Shown: piece after piece, positions 1 to 10,207 of the stretch
Layout: each line of letters begins with the position of its first letter
How positions within the stretch are numbered: the stretch's first letter is position 1
Origin: a virus
Taxonomy: Duplodnaviria > Caudoviricetes
Strand: one strand, 5' to 3'
Virus record (IMG/VR): IMGVR_UViG_3300042691_028918
Coordinates: 1,338-65,337 of that record
DNA: 64,000 nucleotides
Translations under genes and position numbers: made by a program
The notes under the pieces: model-generated
What the model was told of the DNA's origin: nothing
What the model saw: only the letters and a program-made list of their open reading frames with translations
Database searches by the model: none

Positions 1-4
1 TTCA

Positions 5-3000
5 TTGGGTGATTTTGAATTGTTGGAAGATATACAATTAGAAAGTAATGAATTATTAATTGTAGATGAGTTTAATAGTGAACTAAATGTAAGAACCGGA
101 TTATTTTCACAACAGATTTTAGATAATTTTTGGTTGACGGAAAATTTAGATACGGGAGTAAATGTTAGTTTAGATAATCAATTATTATTTCAATCTGCAA
201 AATTAGAACCAACATCCGATATATCATCATCTACTGGATTATTTAAATTTTATTCATCACAATCTATAGAATTTACTAAATTTACCGAATATCAATTGGA
301 TTTCACCCCACTATTGAGTTCATCTATTGGGTATGGTAAAATAGAAATATATGGAAGTGGTTCTGCATTTGTTGATACGGATGTTACTACAAATAATGGA
401 AAATTATTAGGAACAATTGAAACTACAAAATCTTTTACAAGATTTGATAAACAACAGATAAATTTTAATCCGGATGATAATGGATTTGGTAATTTGGTAT
501 TTTTAGTAAAAGGTGGGGATTGGCAAATATCAAATATAACATTAAGGGCCGCTCAAGAATCATCATTTTCACCAAATGAAATAACACTAATTGCAAATGT
601 TCCAACCAGAATAAACAATGAAACATTTGATTTTAAGATTGAAATCTATGATATTAATAACAATTACATTCCTGTAAAAATTGAAAAAACTTACACATTT
701 AGTGGTGGTAATGATGTTATTATCAATAGAGATTTAGAGGTAAGCGTATCTAATACATCTTTTAATTTTAATACATCATCTGCTTTTCCTAGTAGTATTC
801 TAATTGATTATTACAAAACGGCTTTGACGGGTTCGGTAACATTTTATTCATCTGCAATTGATACAACAGGAAATGAAATAACAGTTGGGGATTTAAATCC
901 ATCAACAAATTACCCCGGACTTCTTTACGATGTAGATTTTAATACAAAGCAACTGACCATTGAGAATTTCACCGCATCACTTTCAACAAAAACGGTTGGT
1001 GCTATATTTTATACGGCAAGTTGTGAAAATATAAATAGATATTTTACAATATTCAGAGTTGATCAGGGTGCACCATCATATTTGTTTTATGCTACTGCTG
1101 ATAAAAATAATTTTACCTTTAATCCCGATTATTATTACAAATCCGTTGTAGATGATGATTATATCGATATCCGATTAGTACAACAAAATTTACCGGCGAT
1201 TATACCGCCAAATAGTTTAACCATATATTCATCATCATTATACGGTCCGATTGTCGGTGGTAGCAGATATACCGCACCAATACACAATATTGGTGGTGTT
1301 GGAAACGCATCCATATATAGATTATATGTTACTGGATCTTCACACCAATCTTATCCAGATGGTGATGGTTTTTATTTTGATTTAGGACAATCTACCTATG
1401 ATTTTGAATTAGTAACAAGTGATGGTACGTTTACTTCATCCGTAACGATAGATGCGATTGAAAGAGGAGCAACTCCACCAACTATAAATTTTTCAAATGA
1501 AAATACATCTCTACCATCATTATCAACCGGATATGTAGAACCTGCTGCTTTTTTAGCAACTACAGGTTCAATCTCTGTTAGGGTTGTTGATAGAACAATT
1601 AATTATGCACATCCAATAATAAATAATTCATTTAGCGCATCTGTAAAATCTTATGAAGGTGTAACAGGAGCAAATATAAATTCAAACGCACAATATTCAA
1701 TAACAGGGTTGACAAATGATAGTGGTAGTGTTACTTTAGAAATTGAATATAGGAATATTAAGGGTAGTAGTAGTTTATTTCAAAAACAAATAAATTATAC
1801 AAAAGCAAAAAGAGCAGTACCTAATGTAGTAATCACTGCCACTCCACAAGCACAGACCGTTCTAGCAAATGCAACTGGCACTCAAACAGGAACACTATCA
1901 AACGTAACAGTCGATGCTATTGAAGGGAGTGTTAGTAGATTCACATCAATGACAGTTGCATCCTATTCAGGGTTTACTGCAGAACCATCCGTTAGTGGAC
2001 AAACTTTACAATTAAGTTCCGCAACTATGAATGCGGGTGAGGGTGTTGTAACATTGACCGTCGTTCATACAGATAGTGAAAATACTACCGGACAAACAAA
2101 AACGGTAGTAGTAAGAACTACAAAAGTTAATATAGGAAATGATGGTGATAATGGTTCAAATGGTATTGATGCAAAGGCGGTTGCATTGACGGCAGACCCT
2201 CAATATACAGTTATTTACGATGGTGATGGTACTAAAACTCCGGTATCTATTACTTTAACAGCAACGGCACAAAATTTTACCGTTCCATATTATCAATTTA
2301 CACAAAATGGTACAGAAAGACAGGCATACTCAACAACCGCAACCTATACTATTCCGGATGGGGAAGAGGCAGCGGCTGATAATGCTGATTTATGGCAAGT
2401 AAATGTTAAAGAAAACAATGCAGGATCAGTTCTTGCTTTTGATAATGTTGATATATTTGGTATAAAAGCGGGTACCAATGCTATTACTGCATTTCTTACA
2501 AATGAGGCACATACATTACCAACAACAAATACAGGAGTAGTAACTTACACAGGATCTGGTACATCCGTTGTTGTGTTTAAAGGTGCAACGGAACTTAATA
2601 GTGTTACAACAACTCCTGGGCTGGGTGAGTTTAAAGTAACAACTTCAGTTACAACAGGAACTATAACAGTTGGTACACAAACCATATCAGGAAATCCTGC
2701 AGTATTTGCTGATCATAGCGCAATGAGTGGTGATTTGGCCATTATTGAATATACTATAAATGTAGAAAATTTAGTAACTCTTAAAAAATATCAAACACTT
2801 TCTAAATCCACACAGGGTGCGGATGGTGTTAATGGTGCAAATGCGGTTACTATAAACATAAGTCCTGCATCGCAAATTATAACAAGAAGTAATACAGGTG
2901 CATACGGAACCCCGACAGCATTTACAATTACCGTAACCGAAGGAACAACATCTTATACATATGATGATTCATCTCCATATGCAAATTCTACATTCAGAAT

Positions 3001-4858
3001 AGCAAATGTATCAAATGGAACTAATAATAACGATGGAACTGTAACACCAAATACTCCATCTACGACTGCGGGTGTGACTGTTACTTTTGATGTAATTTAT
3101 GTAACTTCATTGGGGGCATCGGTAACATTAGCACAAACACATAAAGTATCCGTTACATTGGATGGTCAGACTGGACCTGGTGTTGTATTTACAGGACTTT
3201 GGGAATCAGGAAGAGCATATCAATTTAGTACAGGCGCGGGTACAGGTCGCAGGGATGTTGTTCTTTGGAGTACAAATGGAAACGCACCATATGATGTATA
3301 TTATGCAGCAATTAGACAGCACACATCTGCAGGGGGTGATGTGGCAGATGGTTCACCAAATCAACCAAGCCAAACAGGATGGGAATCGTTGGGTACTCAA
3401 GATTTTTTTGTTGCAGCTAAAATTGGTTTATTTGAAGAATCTTATGTACAAAACACCTTAAATGTTGGTACTAATAATAATGGTGGTGTTTCATCTGCAA
3501 ATATAACATTAGCCGGAGGAACTCAATATCCATATATTTCAATTGGACAATCATCGGTTGGTTATGGTAACACAGGAATATGGATTGGTAATGATAGTGG
3601 AAATTATAGAGCATCCTTTGTAAATGGGAGTACATCATTTTTAAAATGGAATGGAACATCTTTAGATATAAAAGGTGGATTAACCGCAACATCAGGTTCT
3701 ATACAAAATACATTAACAATTGGTGGGAATGGTTCTACAGGAACCGGTATAACTTTGGATGGAGTTAACCAAAAAATTTACATGGGAACGGGTGATTATG
3801 CAAATACCAATACAGCATTTTTTGTGAGTGGTTCTGGTGATTTTTCTCTAAAAAGAGCGGTAATTTGGAATGCACTACAAAGTTTATTTAGTATCAATGA
3901 TGGTATTTTAGAAATAGGAACTGAAAGTTATAGAACAACTATAAATCAATCAGGATTACTAACTACAAGAAACGCAGAAATTCAGGGAAAAATAAATGCA
4001 ACAGAGGGAAGTATTGGTGGTTGGACAATCGATAGTACAACATTATCAGCAGGACAGGCTAGTACAAAGAATATAAAAATAAATTCATCAAGGCCGTCCG
4101 TTGAGTTTTATGATTCTGCAAATCTAGTAGTAGATATAAGTGGAGATGCTACTCTATCGGGTACAGGAAGTACAAGTATTACAACAACTAGCCCATCACC
4201 ATTTGGACAGACAATAGTTGGAAGTAGTGGTGCACAAGATGGAACTAATATTGCATCTCACTACCCAGGAACCGTAGCATCGTATTTATCAGGATCTGGT
4301 ATATTTTTAACAGGTTCCGTTAGTTCAAGTTTTAGTATATCGGCAACGCAAAATAATTCATTAGTAACTATTACATGTGATTTAGGACAAACTGGAACAG
4401 ATTCCGCATCATTTGATGCTACTGTGGATCCTGGATACTATGTATCGAACGCAGCTTTTAGTTTAAGATATGGAGTTGCATTATATAGTTCATCCGAAGC
4501 GGGCGGAACCAGAACATTTGTTAGTTCATATTCAAAATCACAATTGGGTGAATCAACTTTTACTAATTCCAATGAAACCGTTAAAAGCCAAATAAACTAT
4601 ACTGGATCTGCAGTAATAACTACAATTTTAAGAGAAGGGTTTTATATATTATTACCATTTGTACAAACAATAAATGCATCAGCTACCGCAGAGGCCGATG
4701 CGGGTACTGGATGCAACTGTCCATCAGCAGGTACATTCTACGGATATGGTGATTGTGGCCCATCTGGACAAGAAATAATAAGATATACGGGCGTATGTGA
4801 TGAGTTTAGCAATTGTACTTTTTATATTGAATATTCTGGAAGAGGTGGTTGTGTATAA
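5..4858 (+). CDS. Large tail fibre/baseplate-associated virion protein (probably 5'-truncated by window edge)
   Basis: 1617 aa, Thr/Ser/Gly-rich and beta-rich. Repeated 'NENTSLPS/NEAHTLPT' Ig-like units, short collagen-like GNDGDNGSNG, 'GKINATEGSIGGW' fibre-shaft-type repeats and a Cys-rich C-terminus. No in-frame stop upstream of the TTG at 5. Confidence 0.7.
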   Translation: MGDFELLEDIQLESNELLIVDEFNSELNVRTGLFSQQILDNFWLTENLDTGVNVSLDNQLLFQSAKLEPTSDISSSTGLFKFYSSQSIEFTKFTEYQLDFTPLLSSSIGYGKIEIYGSGSAFVDTDVTTNNGKLLGTIETTKSFTRFDKQQINFNPDDNGFGNLVFLVKGGDWQISNITLRAAQESSFSPNEITLIANVPTRINNETFDFKIEIYDINNNYIPVKIEKTYTFSGGNDVIINRDLEVSVSNTSFNFNTSSAFPSSILIDYYKTALTGSVTFYSSAIDTTGNEITVGDLNPSTNYPGLLYDVDFNTKQLTIENFTASLSTKTVGAIFYTASCENINRYFTIFRVDQGAPSYLFYATADKNNFTFNPDYYYKSVVDDDYIDIRLVQQNLPAIIPPNSLTIYSSSLYGPIVGGSRYTAPIHNIGGVGNASIYRLYVTGSSHQSYPDGDGFYFDLGQSTYDFELVTSDGTFTSSVTIDAIERGATPPTINFSNENTSLPSLSTGYVEPAAFLATTGSISVRVVDRTINYAHPIINNSFSASVKSYEGVTGANINSNAQYSITGLTNDSGSVTLEIEYRNIKGSSSLFQKQINYTKAKRAVPNVVITATPQAQTVLANATGTQTGTLSNVTVDAIEGSVSRFTSMTVASYSGFTAEPSVSGQTLQLSSATMNAGEGVVTLTVVHTDSENTTGQTKTVVVRTTKVNIGNDGDNGSNGIDAKAVALTADPQYTVIYDGDGTKTPVSITLTATAQNFTVPYYQFTQNGTERQAYSTTATYTIPDGEEAAADNADLWQVNVKENNAGSVLAFDNVDIFGIKAGTNAITAFLTNEAHTLPTTNTGVVTYTGSGTSVVVFKGATELNSVTTTPGLGEFKVTTSVTTGTITVGTQTISGNPAVFADHSAMSGDLAIIEYTINVENLVTLKKYQTLSKSTQGADGVNGANAVTINISPASQIITRSNTGAYGTPTAFTITVTEGTTSYTYDDSSPYANSTFRIANVSNGTNNNDGTVTPNTPSTTAGVTVTFDVIYVTSLGASVTLAQTHKVSVTLDGQTGPGVVFTGLWESGRAYQFSTGAGTGRRDVVLWSTNGNAPYDVYYAAIRQHTSAGGDVADGSPNQPSQTGWESLGTQDFFVAAKIGLFEESYVQNTLNVGTNNNGGVSSANITLAGGTQYPYISIGQSSVGYGNTGIWIGNDSGNYRASFVNGSTSFLKWNGTSLDIKGGLTATSGSIQNTLTIGGNGSTGTGITLDGVNQKIYMGTGDYANTNTAFFVSGSGDFSLKRAVIWNALQSLFSINDGILEIGTESYRTTINQSGLLTTRNAEIQGKINATEGSIGGWTIDSTTLSAGQASTKNIKINSSRPSVEFYDSANLVVDISGDATLSGTGSTSITTTSPSPFGQTIVGSSGAQDGTNIASHYPGTVASYLSGSGIFLTGSVSSSFSISATQNNSLVTITCDLGQTGTDSASFDATVDPGYYVSNAAFSLRYGVALYSSSEAGGTRTFVSSYSKSQLGESTFTNSNETVKSQINYTGSAVITTILREGFYILLPFVQTINASATAEADAGTGCNCPSAGTFYGYGDCGPSGQEIIRYTGVCDEFSNCTFYIEYSGRGGCV

Positions 4859-4874
4859 AATAAATGAATAAATT

Positions 4875-5405
4875 ATGAGTATTTTTACAGATTTTAGAGT
4901 TAAAGTATATACACCAAAATTAACATCGGTTAATGTCACCATACCTGTCCAAAAAACCGAAATAAATGCAGGTGGATTTCAAGTTATATATTCGAATACA
5001 AGGTATGTAATAATTCCAAGGGTAAGTAATGGTGCCATGTTAAGAGTTGGTGGAGATATTACTGCTACTGGAAATATAACCGCATATTTTTCTTCGGATA
5101 AAAGATTGAAAGAAAATATTAAACCAATAGAAAACGCATTAGATAAAATTGAAAAAATTAATGGTGTAGAATTTGATTGGAAAGATTCTTTTATTGAAGA
5201 AGCTGGTGGGGAAGATGGTTATTTTATAAGAAAGCATGATGTGGGTGTTATTGCGCAAGAAATAAATGAAGTATTACCTGAAGTTGTTGCAGAACGGAAA
5301 GAAACGGGTATGTTAGCAGTAAAATACGATAGAATTGTACCACTATTAATACAATCTATAAAAGAACTTAAAAAAGAAATAGAAGAATTAAAACAAAATA
5401 AATAA
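4875..5405 (+). CDS. Tail fibre protein with intramolecular chaperone auto-processing (peptidase S74) domain
   Basis: 'GNITAYFSSDKRLKENIKPIENALDKIEKINGVEFDW...GVIAQEI...AVKYDRIVPLLIQSIKELKKEIEEL' is the typical S74 signature with a C-terminal coiled coil. Confidence 0.9.
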   Translation: MSIFTDFRVKVYTPKLTSVNVTIPVQKTEINAGGFQVIYSNTRYVIIPRVSNGAMLRVGGDITATGNITAYFSSDKRLKENIKPIENALDKIEKINGVEFDWKDSFIEEAGGEDGYFIRKHDVGVIAQEINEVLPEVVAERKETGMLAVKYDRIVPLLIQSIKELKKEIEELKQNK

Positions 5406-5923
5406 TGGCATTACCAAGTAGTGGTCAAATATCATTTTCCGATTTAAATGTAGAAAGAGGATTATCGGCAACTGCGGAAGCAGATATGGCAACTGCGGGA
5501 GATGATTTTGCAGTTTCGTATGCTACAGATGGAACCGATGTTTTATCGATGGATGAATTTTATGGTTTATCCTATGGTGGAGGATCAGGTCCTTCATTGA
5601 CTGTTTATATGAAGGATGTTGCAACCGTAAAAAAACATTTCATTCTTTATGCGGCAGTCAATGGGGGTTCTCCGGTGGATGTATATAATACAAATAGTAG
5701 TGGTCTTTTAGATGGTACCTGTACGCAAAGATTCACAATAAGTTCTGGTCTTGCAGCTGGCAATACCGTTACATTTTCAACAAGTACTACCATTACTATG
5801 GCAGGTTTGACTGCACCATCTTGTCCAAATGTGTTGGGCAGCGCAACTACATATACTACGGTGGGATTGGTAACAGGTGCAAATTCAGTTTATTTAACAG
5901 TAAAAAGTGATACCAACGTATGA
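5405..5923 (+). CDS. Small fibre-associated virion protein
   Basis: N-terminus 'MALPSSGQISFSDLNVE' is typical of small proteins encoded after S74-bearing fibres. Coupled by a TAATG overlap. Confidence 0.55.
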   Translation: MALPSSGQISFSDLNVERGLSATAEADMATAGDDFAVSYATDGTDVLSMDEFYGLSYGGGSGPSLTVYMKDVATVKKHFILYAAVNGGSPVDVYNTNSSGLLDGTCTQRFTISSGLAAGNTVTFSTSTTITMAGLTAPSCPNVLGSATTYTTVGLVTGANSVYLTVKSDTNV

Positions 5924-6900
5924 TTGTATTTATTACAACAGGTTATGGAAAAAATGTTATTGGAGGTGCCGATATATGGTGTAACAATTTCATTGAAAAT
6001 ATAATTCCACTTTTAAAAACGGAATATAAAATAATAGTAGATAACCGGCCCTTTGAAAAAAATCCGGATGTTATTTACACTTACGAAAACGATGAAGAAA
6101 TTGATGAGATTTTAGAACAATGTGATAAGATTATTTTTTTGCATCACTCTTATAGAGAAAATCTAACAATTAAAAAATGGTTACATAAAACGGATACTAC
6201 GTTTGTACATGCATTTATTCCTGATATGGTGGGGTTGAAAGATGAGTATGAAAATATAATGACACGATTGGATTGGCATTGGCAAAAAGATATATTGGAT
6301 AATTCCCAAAATATTGTTTGGATTGGGTACGAAAACGATTCAATACATACGTACTATCCAAAAACAAAAAATATTACAAACTATTATGAATGGAAAAATA
6401 ATAAACCATTTACAGAAATAGTTACAAATAGAATAGGTTATGCTGCGAGATGTGAGACCCGTAAAAATGCGGATTATTTGGATGGTTTACCTGCATTTGT
6501 TTTTTCAAATGAATATGATTATAAAAGAATGGTTGAAGCATCAAAAATAAATGCACAATCACATATGTTTCAAAAATTTGATTATAGATTTCATAATAGA
6601 TTTTTTGATAAAAATTTTCAAATATTTCATGGAGCTTATACAAAAGAACCATTTGGTTATGCAATATTTGATGCAATAGATAATGGAAAATTACCAATAC
6701 TACACTCCGATTGGATGCGAGGAATAAAATATAGATACCGTGCAATGAATAAACAACAATTTCATTACCAATGGTTGAGGATATTGGAAGATGGGTTTGA
6801 AAAAAATAAAAAACAATTTGATAGATTGAAGGCAGGACTTCAAAAATATACAGATAAACAAAAATGGGTTACCGAAATATGCAAAGTCTTATCAATTTAG
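5920..6900 (+). CDS. Glycosyltransferase, GT-B fold (GT4-like)
   Basis: N-terminal 'GGADIW', 'IGYAAR...KN' and 'EPFGYAIFDAIDNGKLPI' resemble the GT4 nucleotide-sugar binding motif. Confidence 0.7.
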   Translation: MIVFITTGYGKNVIGGADIWCNNFIENIIPLLKTEYKIIVDNRPFEKNPDVIYTYENDEEIDEILEQCDKIIFLHHSYRENLTIKKWLHKTDTTFVHAFIPDMVGLKDEYENIMTRLDWHWQKDILDNSQNIVWIGYENDSIHTYYPKTKNITNYYEWKNNKPFTEIVTNRIGYAARCETRKNADYLDGLPAFVFSNEYDYKRMVEASKINAQSHMFQKFDYRFHNRFFDKNFQIFHGAYTKEPFGYAIFDAIDNGKLPILHSDWMRGIKYRYRAMNKQQFHYQWLRILEDGFEKNKKQFDRLKAGLQKYTDKQKWVTEICKVLSI

Positions 6901-7640
6901 ATAGAGTAAAAGAATTTATTACCAACAATACACATTTGGATGAAAATGGTAATAAAATACATACACCTGTTAGTTACAGATGGACACATGGTGCAACTGA
7001 TTTACATATGGGTGATGGGTTATTAATTTATTCATTAATACAACTCAATAGGTCAAAAACCTGCGTTTGTATAGGAACAGGTGGAGGATATATTCCACGT
7101 ATTATGACGCAAGCTAGATATGATTTGTGGGAGCAAAAAATATTTGAAGGAAATCCACAAAATGAGTGGGGTGATATTGGAACTACCATCATCGTTGATG
7201 CTAATAATGGAATTGGTGGTAATACCGATTGGACTGAACCGGATTCTTTTTTACAATACAATTTTCAACCAAAAATAATTTTAGAAACATCAGAAAGAGC
7301 ATTTTATGATTACTTTGTTAGGCAGGATATTAAAATAGATTACTTACATATAGATGGTGACCATTCTTATGAAGGAGTAAAAAAAGATTTTGAATTGTAC
7401 TCAACAATAATGAGTGAAAGTGGTATTATTACAATACACGATACGGATCAAACATATCACGATACATTTATTGTAACAGAAAATGATAAAAAAGATTTTC
7501 AAAAATTTGATGGCCCTGCAAAATTTATTAAGGACTTACAAAACAATACCGCCTGGAATTTGGTAAATTTAAAAAATTTTTGTATGTTTGATTCAAAAAG
7601 ACCAACAACAACAGGAATAGCAATACTTACAAAAAAATAA
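6879..7640 (+). CDS. Class I SAM-dependent methyltransferase (Methyltransf_24-like)
   Basis: 'CIGTGGG' motif I and 'IDYLHIDGDHSYEGVKKDF...GIITIHD'. Start more likely at ATG 6879 (MQSLIN) than 6864. Confidence 0.8.
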   Translation: MQSLINLDRVKEFITNNTHLDENGNKIHTPVSYRWTHGATDLHMGDGLLIYSLIQLNRSKTCVCIGTGGGYIPRIMTQARYDLWEQKIFEGNPQNEWGDIGTTIIVDANNGIGGNTDWTEPDSFLQYNFQPKIILETSERAFYDYFVRQDIKIDYLHIDGDHSYEGVKKDFELYSTIMSESGIITIHDTDQTYHDTFIVTENDKKDFQKFDGPAKFIKDLQNNTAWNLVNLKNFCMFDSKRPTTTGIAILTKK

Positions 7641-8497
7641 TGAAAGATAAAAAAATAAGATTAGTTACAGTTACAGGAAGTAGAACAAACATACTACCAC
7701 ATATGTTAGATTACTATACATCTATTGTAGATGAAATTTATATTGTAGTTTATGAGTGGGAAGGTTTTTCTACATTCGATGCTGTCGAAGAAATTAGTGC
7801 TGTATTTGAAAATGTAAAAATAGTAAGAAGAGAAACAAAAGAAAAATATAATTGGGAATATGTAACACAGTTATATAATGAAATAAAAATGTTACATCCA
7901 GAAGATTGGTGGATAGTAGCAGATGATGATGAGTTTCATATATACTCAAAACAATTATCTGAAATTATACATGATTGTGAAGAAAATGGGTGGGATTTGG
8001 TAAGAGGTGGATTTATTGATAGAATAGGTGAAGATGGTACTTTTCCAGAAATTATAAATAATAAGAATATTTTCTTACAGTTTCCAATAGCAGGATTTTT
8101 TAGATATCCAATGAGTGAAGCATGTCCTAATAAAGTTTGTATAATGAAAGGATATGTGGAATTGACTCCAGGACAACATTACGCAAAAATAGATGGACAA
8201 ACAACTTGGCGTTGGCAAGGGTGGAATCACCCATTAATAGCACCTGTAAATGATTATAATGTTCAGGTACATCATTTTAAATGGGATAGTACTTGTGCTG
8301 ATAGGATTAGAGAAGTAGCTAATATAAATAAAGGATATGCATATTCAGAAGAATACAGAAAAATGTATAGAGAATTAGCAAAATGTAGATTTAAATTAGA
8401 TATTAATAATTCGGAATATATGTTTGAAAATATTGGTGATGATTATGATGGATATTCAAATTGGAAAAAACTATTTAAAAAAATTATATCAATATAA
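7640..8497 (+). CDS. Glycosyltransferase, GT-A fold (GT2-like)
   Basis: 'LPHMLDYY...VDEIYI', 'WWIVADDDEF' DxD motif, then 'GQH' and 'VHHFKW'. Confidence 0.75.
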   Translation: MKDKKIRLVTVTGSRTNILPHMLDYYTSIVDEIYIVVYEWEGFSTFDAVEEISAVFENVKIVRRETKEKYNWEYVTQLYNEIKMLHPEDWWIVADDDEFHIYSKQLSEIIHDCEENGWDLVRGGFIDRIGEDGTFPEIINNKNIFLQFPIAGFFRYPMSEACPNKVCIMKGYVELTPGQHYAKIDGQTTWRWQGWNHPLIAPVNDYNVQVHHFKWDSTCADRIREVANINKGYAYSEEYRKMYRELAKCRFKLDINNSEYMFENIGDDYDGYSNWKKLFKKIISI

Positions 8498-8529
8498 TTT
8501 GGAAATTAATAAAAAAAATACTATATTAG
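8498..8529 (+). promoter_or_regulatory. Bacteroidota-type housekeeping-sigma promoter-like motif
   Basis: TTTG (8498-8501), 20 nt spacer, TATATTAG (8522-8529). One mismatch to the -33 TTTG / -7 TAnnTTTG consensus. Confidence 0.5.
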
Positions 8530-8558
8530 TAAACAAGGTTAAATGTAAAAAATAATTT

Positions 8559-8774
8559 ATGGCAGCAACAACAACAACTAAAAGAAACGAAGAAAAAGAA
8601 CAAGAACTTTTACTTCTTGAAACAAGAAAAGTAAAAGCTTTAGAAAAAATTGCCAATTCATTAGATGCGCTAACAATTTGGTTTGAAGAAATCGAAAAAG
8701 ATGAGTGGTCTGAAAGACTACAATGGTATCTGTACGAATGGCATAGCAAAAAGATAGCAGATAAAGATAAATAA
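8559..8774 (+). CDS. Small hypothetical helical protein
   Basis: 71-aa ORF downstream of a promoter-like motif and coupled to the next gene (TAATG). Confidence 0.6.
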   Translation: MAATTTTKRNEEKEQELLLLETRKVKALEKIANSLDALTIWFEEIEKDEWSERLQWYLYEWHSKKIADKDK

Positions 8775-10207
8775 TGCAAAAACAAAAATTAGGAATAGTT
8801 GTACCATATAGAAATAGGAATCAACATTTATCTGAATTTTTACCTGCTATTAAAAAATACTTAAACAATTCACAAATTGTTTATGAAATCATTGTAGTTG
8901 AACAAGCCGATGAAAAACCTTTTAATAGAGGTAAATTATTAAATATCGGTACAAAAAAAGCCATAGAGTTAGGTTGTAATTATTTAGTACTACATGATGT
9001 AGATATGCTACCTGTTGATGTTGATTACTCATATTCAACACGACCAACACATCTTGCGTACAATTTTATATCGGAAAATACGGAAAAAAATATAGTTTTT
9101 GATGAATATTTTGGAGGAGTTACATTATTTCCTATAAGTGATTTTTTAAAAATAAACGGTTATTCAAATGAATACTGGGGGTGGGGGTATGAAGATGATG
9201 ATTTATTATTTAGATGTAAAGAAAATCTTATAGAATTAGATACAAAATATTATCCTGTAAAAACAAGAAACTCCGCAGGGTTATACTTTAATGGTAAAGA
9301 TTCCTATATCAAATGTCCAAAACCGTTTGCATTTGATAAAAATTATACAATATATGCATCCTTTGAACCGGATGAAATACAATGTGATTCTCAATATGAT
9401 TTTGATGAATACGTTGTTTTTTCTGTTCCTGGATATGATACGGTGATAACATATGATTCCTTTAAAAGATATAAATTTGAAACTTGGTCTAAAAATAAAA
9501 AATTATATACACTAAAATCGAGTATAACACCAAAATTAAGAACCGTAATTGCAATCACAGTTGACCAATATAACAGAATTATAAAAATGTATCAAGATGG
9601 TATTTTAGTTGATGAAACTCATATAGATGAAAAAGATCGATTGATGCCATACTATAATCAAGAATTTTTTTATTTAGGAAAAACAACAACATCCGAATAC
9701 AATAAAAAAAGACCATATAAAGGTGTAATAGATTATTTTGCAATATTTAATCACTCTTTAGAAGAAGGTCAAATACAAGAAATTTCAAATAATAAATATT
9801 TAGGATTAATTGAAAGTTATGGTAATTATACAACTCCGCATTGTTTAGAAGTTTGTTATGATATGAAAATAAGTAAAAAATCTAAACTAATAGATTTATC
9901 AACACAACAAAATGATGCAATAATAAATAATTGTAAAAGAGTACCAATAATTGATAATGAATCAATTCAAGAGGTAAAAATCCCATCTAGAAGAAAGTGT
10001 ACTTTTAAATTATTACCACATCCTGAAAATGGATTTTTTGAAAATAAATGGTTATATACCGAAACAAGAAAAAATCAAATTAGATTTTACAATGAAGTTT
10101 TAGGAGGAAAAACAAATTGGAGAAGGGATGGATATGATACTTTAGAATACAAAGAATTAAGTTATACAAATATGATTGATTACCATTTTATATCAGCCGA
10201 ATTATGA
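8774..10207 (+). CDS. GT7 (beta-1,4-galactosyltransferase-like) glycosyltransferase with inserted LamG/ConA-like domain
   Basis: GT7 motifs VVPYRNR, FNRGKLLNIG, HDVD, YFGGV and NGYSNEYWGWGYEDDD. LamG-like segment 'YFNGKDSYI...YKGVIDYFAIFNHSL'. Confidence 0.85.
   Translation: MQKQKLGIVVPYRNRNQHLSEFLPAIKKYLNNSQIVYEIIVVEQADEKPFNRGKLLNIGTKKAIELGCNYLVLHDVDMLPVDVDYSYSTRPTHLAYNFISENTEKNIVFDEYFGGVTLFPISDFLKINGYSNEYWGWGYEDDDLLFRCKENLIELDTKYYPVKTRNSAGLYFNGKDSYIKCPKPFAFDKNYTIYASFEPDEIQCDSQYDFDEYVVFSVPGYDTVITYDSFKRYKFETWSKNKKLYTLKSSITPKLRTVIAITVDQYNRIIKMYQDGILVDETHIDEKDRLMPYYNQEFFYLGKTTTSEYNKKRPYKGVIDYFAIFNHSLEEGQIQEISNNKYLGLIESYGNYTTPHCLEVCYDMKISKKSKLIDLSTQQNDAIINNCKRVPIIDNESIQEVKIPSRRKCTFKLLPHPENGFFENKWLYTETRKNQIRFYNEVLGGKTNWRRDGYDTLEYKELSYTNMIDYHFISAEL

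Noticed and set aside
4856-4877. Stop read-through or frameshift joining the 1617-aa fibre to the S74 ORF
   Set aside because: The frames differ, the AT-rich spacer contains further stop codons, and the second ORF has a plausible ATG of its own.
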